Below are positions 42,042-51,677 of a stretch of DNA of 64,000 nt, piece by piece (position 1 is the first letter of the stretch; each line of letters starts with the position of its first letter). Location: positions 4,536 through 68,535 of IMG/VR virus record IMGVR_UViG_3300036971_000112, one strand, 5' to 3'. The notes under the pieces are model-generated. The model searched no databases and was not told the DNA's origin. It saw only the letters and a program-made list of their open reading frames with translations. Both the position numbers and the translations under genes were made by a program. The stretch is from a virus (Duplodnaviria > Caudoviricetes).

Positions 42042-45000
42042 ATGAGTGAGAATAACGAAAGCAAGTTGGTGTTTGATACCTTAATTGGCTCAGATACTCT
42101 CACTCGCGCCCTTGAGAAGCAGTTAGATATTGCTGTTCACCTTACGACAGAGCTTGGGAAGATAAAGACAAAGGTAGCTGATGCTAAAGCCCCTTTAGAC
42201 GCTACTGGGATAAGTCTTGTTGGAGTATCAAGTCTTAGAACTACAGTCGAGCTTTACCATAAGTTACTTGAGGGTAAAGAAGCTGTAGCAAAAATGTCCA
42301 CTAAGTTGGGCTTTGAAAAGGGCGACTTAACCACCCTTGAGGGCGTTCTTAACGCTATGACTAAGTTGGTTGGAGTTACTGAGAAGTATTCCCAGCTCTC
42401 TAACAAGAAGCTCCAGCTTGCAGCCTTTGACGGAACTCTTACCAAAGAACAATTCGACCAGCATAAAGGGAATATCAACGCGCTGAAGGCGATGAATAAA
42501 GGCTTCGCTCAAGGGCAAGCTCACCTAGATGCTGAAGCTCAAAAGTGGGCTAAGGAAGGCATCAAACTTGTTGAAGAACATACCGCCGCTCTAAGAAAAC
42601 AAAACCAAGAAAAGCTTGCGGGTGAACGTCAAACGGCTGCCGAGCAGCGTAATCGGGTTATAGCTGTTGCTCGTGAGATTAAAGAAGGTAAAGACCACTC
42701 TAAGTTTATCAAAAATGCTTCGGCTTTAGAGGCGAATCAACTTAAATTAAAACTGCAAAACGAGAGCTTAAAGGCTGGTTTAACTGCTGACCAGCAAGTC
42801 CGTATCTCCACTGGTTTAGGGGCAACTTTAAACCGCCTAGAGACGCTTAAAGCTCCTAAGTTAACTGCTCTTAAAGAGCTTGAGTTCTTTAATCAGCTAC
42901 AAGGCGGCAGCTCTAAAGCTAAGGCTCAAGGAACCATTGCTTTGCAGGAGATGGCGCAGCATATCCGTCAACTACAAAAGATGGGTAAAGCTGATGAACT
43001 ATTGAAATGGACTGAAACCTATCAGCAATCTAAGTCTGCCTTTGCAACTAAGTTCGCACCTATCAGCCCCCATCAAGAACAGTTAAAAGAGAGTCGAAGA
43101 GTAGCCGAAGCTCAAAAACTACCTATAGCTGAGGTTCTTAAACTTACTGATAAAGGTGATGTAGCTAAACAGTATCGTCTAAGTGATATTCGTGCTAAAG
43201 CTTTGCCTGAAGGGGATAAAAAGGATGCTGAAATACGGTATCAGGATCAGGTAAAAGCTCATGGTGTGTTTCTGCGGGAGGAAGAGAAGCAACAGAAAGC
43301 TGATAAAGCAGCCGAGCAGAAAATTGATGACACAGCTTCCTTAAAAGCTATCCAGCGTGAAAGAAAGGAGCAGGATAAGCAGAAGGCCATTGATGAAAAA
43401 GCTAAAGCTCAAGATGCAGCTAAAGAGGTTGCTGATAAAGCAGCCGAGCAGAGGGATAGAGACCTAACAGCTAAGAAGGTTCTCAAAGACCGACTACAGC
43501 AAGAATATGCAAGACAAGCAGCAGTTGCTGAAGCACAAGGTAAGGGTGACAAGTTAACTTTAGCTACAGAACCCCCTAAAACAGACTTTGACCTAAAACG
43601 CTCCAAAGACTTAAATATCTTCCAGAAAGCTCGTCAAGGTCAACTATCTCCCCAAGAGCTTCAAGACTTCATCACCAAAGGTTCTCAAGACCCTAAGCGT
43701 CTTGTGCGAGAACTGGGGGCTATTCAGAAACAGAGTCGAAGCGCGGAACTCGACCCCAATGTTATCGCTTTACACAGTAATCGTCCTAGTTTACTTCAGG
43801 GACATATCGGTATTGAGTTAAGCCGATTAACGCAGATAATTAAAGACATCAATAAACATGATGTGGAAGATCGTAAAAAGACGGCTTCTCAACAAGCGAT
43901 TAAAGATAACCGCCTTCTTGAGTTCCAGGAAAAAGCTCGCTTAGGTCAGTTAACAACTGCGGATATTAAGTCTGAGAAGGATAAAACCTTACTTCACTCC
44001 ATGAAGAAAGGCTACGGTGATACAGCCTATGACAATAAACTGTCTCCCACAGTTCGTGCCGATGCTTTGCAGATGCGGAACCTGATTGATGAGCAGCTTA
44101 AAGTTATTTCAGCTAAACCCGCAAAGGTTTTAGATGAGGTTGCTAAACACGCTGAGTTAAACCGTCTTGCTCGCAATATCGAACTACTAGACCCGAAACA
44201 CGCTAACACATCTTCTGAGTTAGGTACTCGCTCAATTGAGCAAAAGACGAAACAGTTAAATAAGACAAAAGAACTAGAGCGGGCAGCAGCAAGCCAATAC
44301 CTCACCACACAGAGTCTAAATGGTTTAAGTGCGGAGGAACTCACTCACGCCAAAAAGATTATTAACTACCGTAATAACATAGCTGGAGCTAATCAAGCTC
44401 AGGCTGATGTTGAACTTAAACTTCTCAGCCATATTCGTGTGATAGAGAAGGCTGCTTCAGATAAAGCGAAAGCAGATAAAAAAGCTGCGGATTATGCTCA
44501 CCGCCTTAACACTGACCCTGCTTTTCACGCGAGTGAGTTACTAAAGCATCAGCAAGGTAACTTGAAGGTAAACAGTCTAACCGATCGTGTACAGTTAGCA
44601 GCTTCCGCAGATAATCGACTCCAAATCAAAGCTGAGAATGAGCGTACCTATCGTCGGGATGCTTACTTCGGCACCTATGGTAACGCAGCAGCTATTCAGG
44701 CTCTAGCTACACCTCAAGAGCATAAAGATGCTCGTAACTCCCTTAACTTTCAAGCTAATAACCTACCGAGTAAAGCTGAACGGGACAATGCGGAGGCTAT
44801 GCTCCGCTTACTCAATGAAAAAGAAGCTCTTGAGAAGAAGGCAATCGCAAATCAAAGCTTAGTTGCCGAGCTAGCTAAGACCCATTACAAAACAGCCGCA
44901 GAGATCAACACGCTTGGACGTGCTGAACTAGACATGGCCAAACAGGTTCTTGCTTACCGTATTAAGAACGCGGCAACCCAAACTGAGGCTTACCACCAGC

Positions 45001-48000
45001 AAGAGTTACTAAATCAGGCTAGTCTTGCCCACCAGATTCAAACTAAAGCGGAACACCGCTTAAATCCTGAGTATCAGGCCGAAAACCGAGCAGGTTCACG
45101 CGAGCGTATCCTAGGTGACGCAGGCGCGAGCGTGTTAACGATTCAAGCAGGCTTGATGCTGAATTACAAACTGCTGGCAGGTATGCAGGGTTTGTTCAGC
45201 AACGCTATCAGCTCAGTGATTGAACTCGACTCCGCCTTCCGTCAACTGCAAGCGATTTCCGCATCGACAAACACCGAAATGGTGTCGATGAAACAGAACT
45301 TAATCCTTGTCGCGCAAGCGAGTAAGTTCAGCGCGGCTGAGGTCGGAAATACCGCTGTTTTACTTGCACAGGCAGGCTTCAGCATTGGCGAAATTAGTCA
45401 GTCGATGAAAGGGGTTATCGCTTTAGCTCAAGCTACAGGGACAGAGTTAGGCAAATCGGTTGATGTGGTGACCTCAGTCCTGTCTGTTTTCAATAAAGGT
45501 GCGGGTGAAACTAATCAGGTTGTTAACCAATTAACCGAAGCGTTGAACAGATCGAAACTTGACATCAACAAGATGTCCTTAGGTATTCAATATGCAGGTA
45601 ACATCGCGGCTGACTCAGGTGTCAGTTTTGAAGAGTTAACTTCTGCCTTAGGCGCGATGGCCAACGCAGGTATCCGTAGTGGTTCGACCTTGGGTACTGG
45701 TTTGCGTCAGATGTTCATTGACTTACAGAAACCTAGTGAGAAATTGAAAGTCCGTTTAGATGCCTTAGGGCTAAGTCTGGATCAGGTAGACCTACACTCT
45801 AATGGCTTGGTTGGGGTGCTGGAGAATCTGCGTAATGCGGGTTTTACTTCTGCGGACGCTTTCCAAACTTTTGAAGTTCGTGCTGCCTCAGCCTTCGCAG
45901 CCTTGTCAGGTAACATTAGTGACTTTAATGATTTAAAGGAAAGTTTAAATGATACCAATGCTGCATTTGAGGCCAATGGGGTTCAACTTGAAGCTTTAGC
46001 AGTTCAATTAGACCACTTAAAATCCAACCTCGGTATTCTTTCAGCCGAAGCGTTAAAACCTGTGGCAACCCTCGTGCGTGATTTTGCAAAAGAAACAGCA
46101 CACATGATGGAAAATACCAAGGAAAGCTCTGGGGCGTTAATGGTTTTCGGTACTGCTCTTGCAGGTATCGGGGTAGCTGTTGCAGTAGGCTGGATGGCCA
46201 AACTCAGCTTTGAACTTGTGGGTTTACTTGCAGGTCTTTGGAGAATGCCTGCTGCCTTTGGAGCGGCTAGAGCAGCCATGATCCTACACAACACAGGATT
46301 AAAAGTATTAACAGGTGAGACCTTAGCAGCTACAGCGGCTACGGCAAGCCTTTGGGGAGCCTTAGTGCGCTTTGCACCACTACTTATTGGTGTTGCTGTG
46401 GGGGTGGGAGTGATTACAGCAGCCTACCGCAGCTATGCGAATGAGCTAGGGAAGCTAAATGATAAATTAGATCAAGCAAAAGCTGCGTTTAATAAAGCCA
46501 AAGAAAATGCCGCTACAGCAAAAACAGCTTATGACAATGTGAACGAAGCGATTGGTAACCTTACCGCTAAATATGGTGTCCTAAGCGAAAGCCAGACTGC
46601 GACAACAGATGAGGCACAATCTTTAGTCACTAAATTTGGTGAGATGGGTTTTGCTATAGATGATTTAGCAAATGTTAAAGTTAGTCAGTTGATGCAAAAG
46701 CTTCAAGAGCTTCGCGGGGAATTAAGTAAGGAATATTCCAGCGAAGTTACAGCAAAGTTTGGGGCAGAGATTAACAGACTGAAAGCGGCCTTGGGTGTTG
46801 CCAACAATGTGTTGGGTAGTAATAAGTTTACCTCTCGAAGCATGGAGGCTGAGGCTCAAGCACTACAAGGTAACCGTAAAGCGGGTAAAGGTGGAGCAGA
46901 GGCTGAGGTATTACGATTACAAGCTTATGACCCAAAAGTCCTAGCTCATGTAGCCAAAAGCCTACTAGCCGTAAAAGACTTTCAAAAGGAAGGGGGTGTT
47001 GCAAGTACCTTTAACGTAAAACAGGCCAAAGGGGATTTGACTAGCTTAATTGCCCACTCCAACCTTAATGCCTTCCAAGCAAATTTGGTCGAACAGTATT
47101 TCAAGAAGTATGTCGAAGATACCTTTGCAGCCTATGATACTCGTCAAAGCTACTCGGCTGATGTGCAAAAAGCTGACTTTAAGCACACTAGAGATAAGAT
47201 GAGCATAAAGGGCATGGCTGATGCCAGCGAGAGCGGAACGGCTTTCTCAGCAGCAACAGGCTCACAGTTAGACTTTATTAAGTTATCTGCTCAGGTGGAT
47301 AAGCAACAAAGTCACGTTTCCTTGCGGGAAAGAACACTCTTAAAAGCCAAACTTGCAGGAGAGGCTAACTCTGTTGTTCAAAGAAATATCAAGATTTATG
47401 ATGATATTATTAGACAAGCTGATACTGAGTTAGAAACCTTAGCTCAGGCAGGAAAAGCTGCAACTAAACCTTATAATGATAAACTGGCTCTTCGGGGAAC
47501 TTGGATTGAGCAGCGTTCTGAATTACAAAAGAATAACTCCCCGCTAGTGGATGCGATGCGTAGAGGGTCTGAATTAAGTGATAAGGACAAACTAGCTCTA
47601 CTTGAGAACCAGCTTGAAACAGAGAAACGCCATCTTGTTAGCATGGAGAAAGTTTATGATAAGGAAACCAGTATCTCTACTTCCAATAAGCTCGCTAAAG
47701 GGATAGTCGGCCAGAATGATGTAATAGGAAACCTAATTCAAGATATTACCCGCTTAAAGCATAAGTCAAGCGTAGAGCTTGAGGCTATGTTAAAGGCTGA
47801 TGTTCAGAAACAAACCTACGTTTTAGAGGATTGGGCGGCTAAGGTCAAAGAGCATAATACTGCGCTGACCCAAGAAAATAGTAAGGAAGCAGTGGATCAG
47901 GAGCTTAAATTGGGTGAGAAGAACTTAAAGGATTATGAGCAATCTTATCGGGACTTCAAAGACCAGTATGACTTAAATAACGAGCTGTTTGATAAAGAGC

Positions 48001-49334
48001 AAAAAGCTATCCGTAGACGTTTCGAGAACCAAGGTAAACGTGTACTTAACTCTGGGGAGATGTTTAAGGGTCTCAACAAAGAGCTATCTGCTCGCGCTCA
48101 GGAAGCAGCCAACAACTCTGGCATCCCTCAAGAGTATGCTCAATATGGCCAAGGTATTGGTGGGTTCTTTGCTCGTCAAGCTGCGGAGGCTAAGAGTGGG
48201 GTCGTCCTCCACCAATTGAAGCAAAAGAAACTGGCTCTGGATTTTATTAACCTACAAAGCGTTGAGGCAAGGTTTAAGAAGGACTCAGCTAACTACAAGG
48301 TTCCAGAAGTGGAGGCTAAACTTGCCGAGCAACGTAAGCGGGTAGCTGACCTTGATGCTCAGATTTTAGACCCGAATACCAGTCGTAAGGATGAGTTAAG
48401 ACAGACTCGTCAAGACCTACAAGCCTCCATTGATCTTAAGATAAAAGCTCTTGAACAGCATAAAGCTTTAGTCAAAGATTATGAGGAGGAGCGTCAACGG
48501 TTACTGGCAGATATTGAGAACCTTAAAGACGACTTGGCTACAGTTGACGAGAATGCACTAGCATTTAAAAACTCCTTCGCCGCAGGCCGTCAAGCGTTAG
48601 ATGCAGGTTTAGGAACTATCGTGAACGACTGGGCAACCCAAACCATTAAGAACATTGATGACGTGGAAGCCGCGTTTAAGGCAATGGGTTTGTCGATCCT
48701 ACAGTCGATGCTCAAAGTGGTCAGTGACCGTACAGCGATGGCGTTTACTAATCTTTTGCTTGGTAAAGCTGACGGTAGCACAGGTTCAGGTTTAGTTGGT
48801 CAGTTGGGGAGTTTCCTTTTTGGAAACATGGGAGCTACAACTGCTACGGGTGGAGCTAACTTGGGGTCAGTCGCAAGCTCACTGGCAAGTACAACTTTTG
48901 GAGCTTTAGCAGGTCAAGGCTCAGGTTCACCTGTTGGTACAAACTCTGTCCTAGCTCCCGTTGGTACAAACTCCGTTTTACGCAGAGCGAGTGGAGGCCC
49001 TGTAAGCGGAACGGGGATTGGCAGGGATAGTGTACCCGCAATGCTTACCCCAAACGAGTATGTTCTAAGACCGAGTGCTGCCTCAGCATTAGGGAAACCC
49101 TTCCTAGACCGCTTAAATGCTACAACAACGGGGTCATTGAAGCAGTTGGAAGAAAAGGCGGCTGCGCCACAAATTAACGTGGTTCAATCGCCCCCTACGA
49201 ATGTTTGGGTAGTTAGTCCTGACCAGAAGCAGCAAATGTCGCCTCAAGACGTGGTTGTTACTATCTCTGATGACATTTCAAGAAATGGTAGCATCAAACG
49301 GCTTATCAAACAGGTGATCTCTGGAGAGGTCTAA
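42042..49334 (+). CDS. tape measure protein (2430 aa)
   Basis: TP901-like core (AIELDSAFRQL...SKFSAAEV...LAQATG...NAGIRSGSTLGTGLR), C-terminal ASGGPV...DSVPAMLTPNEYV. Confidence 0.9.
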   Translation: MSENNESKLVFDTLIGSDTLTRALEKQLDIAVHLTTELGKIKTKVADAKAPLDATGISLVGVSSLRTTVELYHKLLEGKEAVAKMSTKLGFEKGDLTTLEGVLNAMTKLVGVTEKYSQLSNKKLQLAAFDGTLTKEQFDQHKGNINALKAMNKGFAQGQAHLDAEAQKWAKEGIKLVEEHTAALRKQNQEKLAGERQTAAEQRNRVIAVAREIKEGKDHSKFIKNASALEANQLKLKLQNESLKAGLTADQQVRISTGLGATLNRLETLKAPKLTALKELEFFNQLQGGSSKAKAQGTIALQEMAQHIRQLQKMGKADELLKWTETYQQSKSAFATKFAPISPHQEQLKESRRVAEAQKLPIAEVLKLTDKGDVAKQYRLSDIRAKALPEGDKKDAEIRYQDQVKAHGVFLREEEKQQKADKAAEQKIDDTASLKAIQRERKEQDKQKAIDEKAKAQDAAKEVADKAAEQRDRDLTAKKVLKDRLQQEYARQAAVAEAQGKGDKLTLATEPPKTDFDLKRSKDLNIFQKARQGQLSPQELQDFITKGSQDPKRLVRELGAIQKQSRSAELDPNVIALHSNRPSLLQGHIGIELSRLTQIIKDINKHDVEDRKKTASQQAIKDNRLLEFQEKARLGQLTTADIKSEKDKTLLHSMKKGYGDTAYDNKLSPTVRADALQMRNLIDEQLKVISAKPAKVLDEVAKHAELNRLARNIELLDPKHANTSSELGTRSIEQKTKQLNKTKELERAAASQYLTTQSLNGLSAEELTHAKKIINYRNNIAGANQAQADVELKLLSHIRVIEKAASDKAKADKKAADYAHRLNTDPAFHASELLKHQQGNLKVNSLTDRVQLAASADNRLQIKAENERTYRRDAYFGTYGNAAAIQALATPQEHKDARNSLNFQANNLPSKAERDNAEAMLRLLNEKEALEKKAIANQSLVAELAKTHYKTAAEINTLGRAELDMAKQVLAYRIKNAATQTEAYHQQELLNQASLAHQIQTKAEHRLNPEYQAENRAGSRERILGDAGASVLTIQAGLMLNYKLLAGMQGLFSNAISSVIELDSAFRQLQAISASTNTEMVSMKQNLILVAQASKFSAAEVGNTAVLLAQAGFSIGEISQSMKGVIALAQATGTELGKSVDVVTSVLSVFNKGAGETNQVVNQLTEALNRSKLDINKMSLGIQYAGNIAADSGVSFEELTSALGAMANAGIRSGSTLGTGLRQMFIDLQKPSEKLKVRLDALGLSLDQVDLHSNGLVGVLENLRNAGFTSADAFQTFEVRAASAFAALSGNISDFNDLKESLNDTNAAFEANGVQLEALAVQLDHLKSNLGILSAEALKPVATLVRDFAKETAHMMENTKESSGALMVFGTALAGIGVAVAVGWMAKLSFELVGLLAGLWRMPAAFGAARAAMILHNTGLKVLTGETLAATAATASLWGALVRFAPLLIGVAVGVGVITAAYRSYANELGKLNDKLDQAKAAFNKAKENAATAKTAYDNVNEAIGNLTAKYGVLSESQTATTDEAQSLVTKFGEMGFAIDDLANVKVSQLMQKLQELRGELSKEYSSEVTAKFGAEINRLKAALGVANNVLGSNKFTSRSMEAEAQALQGNRKAGKGGAEAEVLRLQAYDPKVLAHVAKSLLAVKDFQKEGGVASTFNVKQAKGDLTSLIAHSNLNAFQANLVEQYFKKYVEDTFAAYDTRQSYSADVQKADFKHTRDKMSIKGMADASESGTAFSAATGSQLDFIKLSAQVDKQQSHVSLRERTLLKAKLAGEANSVVQRNIKIYDDIIRQADTELETLAQAGKAATKPYNDKLALRGTWIEQRSELQKNNSPLVDAMRRGSELSDKDKLALLENQLETEKRHLVSMEKVYDKETSISTSNKLAKGIVGQNDVIGNLIQDITRLKHKSSVELEAMLKADVQKQTYVLEDWAAKVKEHNTALTQENSKEAVDQELKLGEKNLKDYEQSYRDFKDQYDLNNELFDKEQKAIRRRFENQGKRVLNSGEMFKGLNKELSARAQEAANNSGIPQEYAQYGQGIGGFFARQAAEAKSGVVLHQLKQKKLALDFINLQSVEARFKKDSANYKVPEVEAKLAEQRKRVADLDAQILDPNTSRKDELRQTRQDLQASIDLKIKALEQHKALVKDYEEERQRLLADIENLKDDLATVDENALAFKNSFAAGRQALDAGLGTIVNDWATQTIKNIDDVEAAFKAMGLSILQSMLKVVSDRTAMAFTNLLLGKADGSTGSGLVGQLGSFLFGNMGATTATGGANLGSVASSLASTTFGALAGQGSGSPVGTNSVLAPVGTNSVLRRASGGPVSGTGIGRDSVPAMLTPNEYVLRPSAASALGKPFLDRLNATTTGSLKQLEEKAAAPQINVVQSPPTNVWVVSPDQKQQMSPQDVVVTISDDISRNGSIKRLIKQVISGEV

Positions 49335-49372
49335 AACTAAAAAGGTTGTGTGGGTTGCTTATTTTCTGAGCG

Positions 49373-49658
49373 ACTCACACTCTACCCTAAAAGTAAAGTG
49401 TTTTCGTAAACCTCTGAAACCCTTGCGGCTCTAAGGCTGGAGGCATTGTAAAGTTTTGTACAACATATAGAAACCTTTATATAAGCTTGGCTAGACAGCA
49501 ATTTTTATATGTTTTTTCTAATATAGAGAAGGTCTATTTTCACATTCTATATGTAAAATGATTTTCCGAAACCTCTGTAACCCTTGTGGCCGTAGGGCTG
49601 ACCTCCCATCACGAAAACACTTTACTTTGAGGCTAGACTGTGAATGGCTCAGTTTTTG
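49373..49658. other. origin-like element B: symmetric array of motifs shared with 20.6-21.4 kb
   Basis: M reverse 49375-49405, CATATAGAA 49464-49472, TTCTATATGTAAAATG 49545-49560, M forward 49613-49658. Confidence 0.55.
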
Positions 49659-49850
49659 TACAAAATCACCGAAAACTACCGCGTAAAACTGTGGTTTTCG
49701 GACAAACAACACCTTAATCACTATCTTTACAAACCGTTACACTAAACCGATTTACAAAAACTTCCTGCTGAGCCAAACTTACTCCATCGAAACGCAAACA
49801 CAAAACGCGAATCGGTAACACAAACACTTTCACATTTACGAGATAAGATT

Positions 49851-50528
49851 ATGAACCCTGTAGACACTGCAATCGCCCAAGCTGCTGAAGCTGCCAAAAA
49901 CCTCGAAGCACAAGCTCAACAAGTTATCCCTGCACAAACATCAACTGCCGTTTCTACAGCAGTTGGCGGTTTTGATGATGATGACGATACCCCAAGTGGC
50001 TTAGTTGTTGACCGTTGGATTCGTGTTTGCCCTGACGGTGTGTTGTTTGATAAAACTCACACTGCCAAGCAAGCCGTTGACAAACCTTTCCGCGTTGCCA
50101 TCAACACCCAACGTGAGGTCGGCTACCGTAATATGTTTTCAATCGCTTGGGGTAACCCAACGAAGTATGCCAAAACATATAACAACCCGAAAAAGGGTGC
50201 TGCTTTCGATACTGAAGGCCGTCCTTGGACTCAGGTGATTGCTCAAGCCAAAGCTGAAGACCCTAAAGCTTACGACTACCAAACTGCTGAAGTTGCGATG
50301 ACTTTGTTAGCTGACACCTGTGGGGTTACAGCAGGTAAAGTGTTGGCGACCAGTTTCTCGTTTAGCCAATCAAAAAACTGGTTTAGCTTCTTAGATGAGG
50401 TAGCTAAAGCAGGCTTAAAAGGTCAAGTTGTTGAGGTTGAACTAGGACACTTCAAAGAAAACAAAGGCAACTACAAACCTTGGGGTGTCTACACCTTCAA
50501 GTTGATTGGTGCCTATAACCCAGCGTAA
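49851..50528 (+). CDS. putative ssDNA-binding protein
   Basis: Highly biased codons, acidic DDDDD patch, aromatic-rich, first gene of the replication operon; function inferred. Confidence 0.45.
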   Translation: MNPVDTAIAQAAEAAKNLEAQAQQVIPAQTSTAVSTAVGGFDDDDDTPSGLVVDRWIRVCPDGVLFDKTHTAKQAVDKPFRVAINTQREVGYRNMFSIAWGNPTKYAKTYNNPKKGAAFDTEGRPWTQVIAQAKAEDPKAYDYQTAEVAMTLLADTCGVTAGKVLATSFSFSQSKNWFSFLDEVAKAGLKGQVVEVELGHFKENKGNYKPWGVYTFKLIGAYNPA

Positions 50529-50544
50529 AACAACAAAGCTTTAC

Positions 50545-50571
50545 AATACCCACTTCGGTGGGTATTTTTTT
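50545..50571 (+). terminator. intrinsic terminator
   Basis: AATACCCAC-TTCG-GTGGGTATT-TTTTT. Confidence 0.85.
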
Positions 50572-50595
50572 ACCCAGCCCTCCTTTGAGGTGTTT

Positions 50596-51387
50596 ATGCT
50601 ACACATTTATGATGCCAATAACCATATCCGCCGCGCCTTTGAGCGTGGTGACACTGTAACCGATATGGTTAATCCTAACCCTGCTGAGGTTTGCATTTGG
50701 GTCTTTGACGGCGTAGGGGCTAAGAAACCGAGACTTGCTCTCTACCCTGAGTACAAAGCCAAGCGGAATGTTCAAAGTGCGATAGACAGCGGTTTCTTTG
50801 ACTTCCTACGAGCTATCGAAACAGACCTCTTAAAACACTGCAAGAACACGTTTGTGATGAAGCAACCGTGTATGGAGGCCGATGACGTGATTGCAGCCCT
50901 TGTTGAGCAATACAGAGCGTCCCAGCAAATCCTAATCCACTCAAACGATGCCGATTTCCAAGCTCTTGTTGATGAGAACGTAAGTGTTTCTGATCGAAGC
51001 AAGAAGCTATCTCACGTAGAACCTCACGACATACGGCTTTACAAAACGCTTGTCGGTGACGCTTCCGATAACCTTGGGGGTATTGAAGGTTTTGGTGACG
51101 GCAAATGGCAGGTACTTACTGAGGAAGATAAAGCTGGATGGCGGAACTTTCTCAAAGAGGAGATACCAGAGTGGATGGGTGACAACCTTTACCCGCTTAA
51201 CGGCCTCACTAAAAAACCTTTAGAGTGGATGAAAGTTACAGAGAACCAACAATTGTTACGAACTTACTGGCAGATTGTCGGGTTCTTACCTGTTAATATG
51301 CAGGAACTGAGTGACAAATACACCTCAGTTGGAGTTTACAATCCTGTGAAGTTCCAAGAAACGCTCGATAAATTTATGTGGAGTTAG
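50596..51387 (+). CDS. 5'-3' exonuclease / flap endonuclease
   Basis: IYDAN, WVFDG, YPEYKAKR, EADDVIA, SNDADF, LVGDASDN..GI.GFG; GAGGTG RBS. Confidence 0.9.
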   Translation: MLHIYDANNHIRRAFERGDTVTDMVNPNPAEVCIWVFDGVGAKKPRLALYPEYKAKRNVQSAIDSGFFDFLRAIETDLLKHCKNTFVMKQPCMEADDVIAALVEQYRASQQILIHSNDADFQALVDENVSVSDRSKKLSHVEPHDIRLYKTLVGDASDNLGGIEGFGDGKWQVLTEEDKAGWRNFLKEEIPEWMGDNLYPLNGLTKKPLEWMKVTENQQLLRTYWQIVGFLPVNMQELSDKYTSVGVYNPVKFQETLDKFMWS

Positions 51388-51389
51388 CC

Positions 51390-51626
51390 ATGCCATTACG
51401 AACCTTCTGTCCTCTCAGCAGGCTTGATGCCTTCGCTGACTTTGTAATGAGGAAAGGTTGCCCAAACCGTCATGGTAGAGGTAGCTATCAAGCTTTACAG
51501 GTTTACGTCAACCAGAAGTGGGAAATTCTTTACTCGAAGCCCACAGAGTTTCCTGATGTCTGTTTCACCGTAGGAGTTTCACCTCTTAGTTTACTTTTAG
51601 AGGTGTTTCTTAAAAACGAACACTAA
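51390..51626 (+). CDS. hypothetical protein
   Basis: 78-aa ORF with GGAG RBS. Confidence 0.55.
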   Translation: MPLRTFCPLSRLDAFADFVMRKGCPNRHGRGSYQALQVYVNQKWEILYSKPTEFPDVCFTVGVSPLSLLLEVFLKNEH

Positions 51627-51677
51627 ACACTGTTTCCAAAAACGCAACACCAACCACTACTCAAGTGAGTCCATATC

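Noticed and set aside
34019-48781. Numerous 60-160-aa antisense ORFs within structural and tape measure genes
   Set aside because: Expected shadows of biased codon usage on the coding strand; no RBS or motifs.
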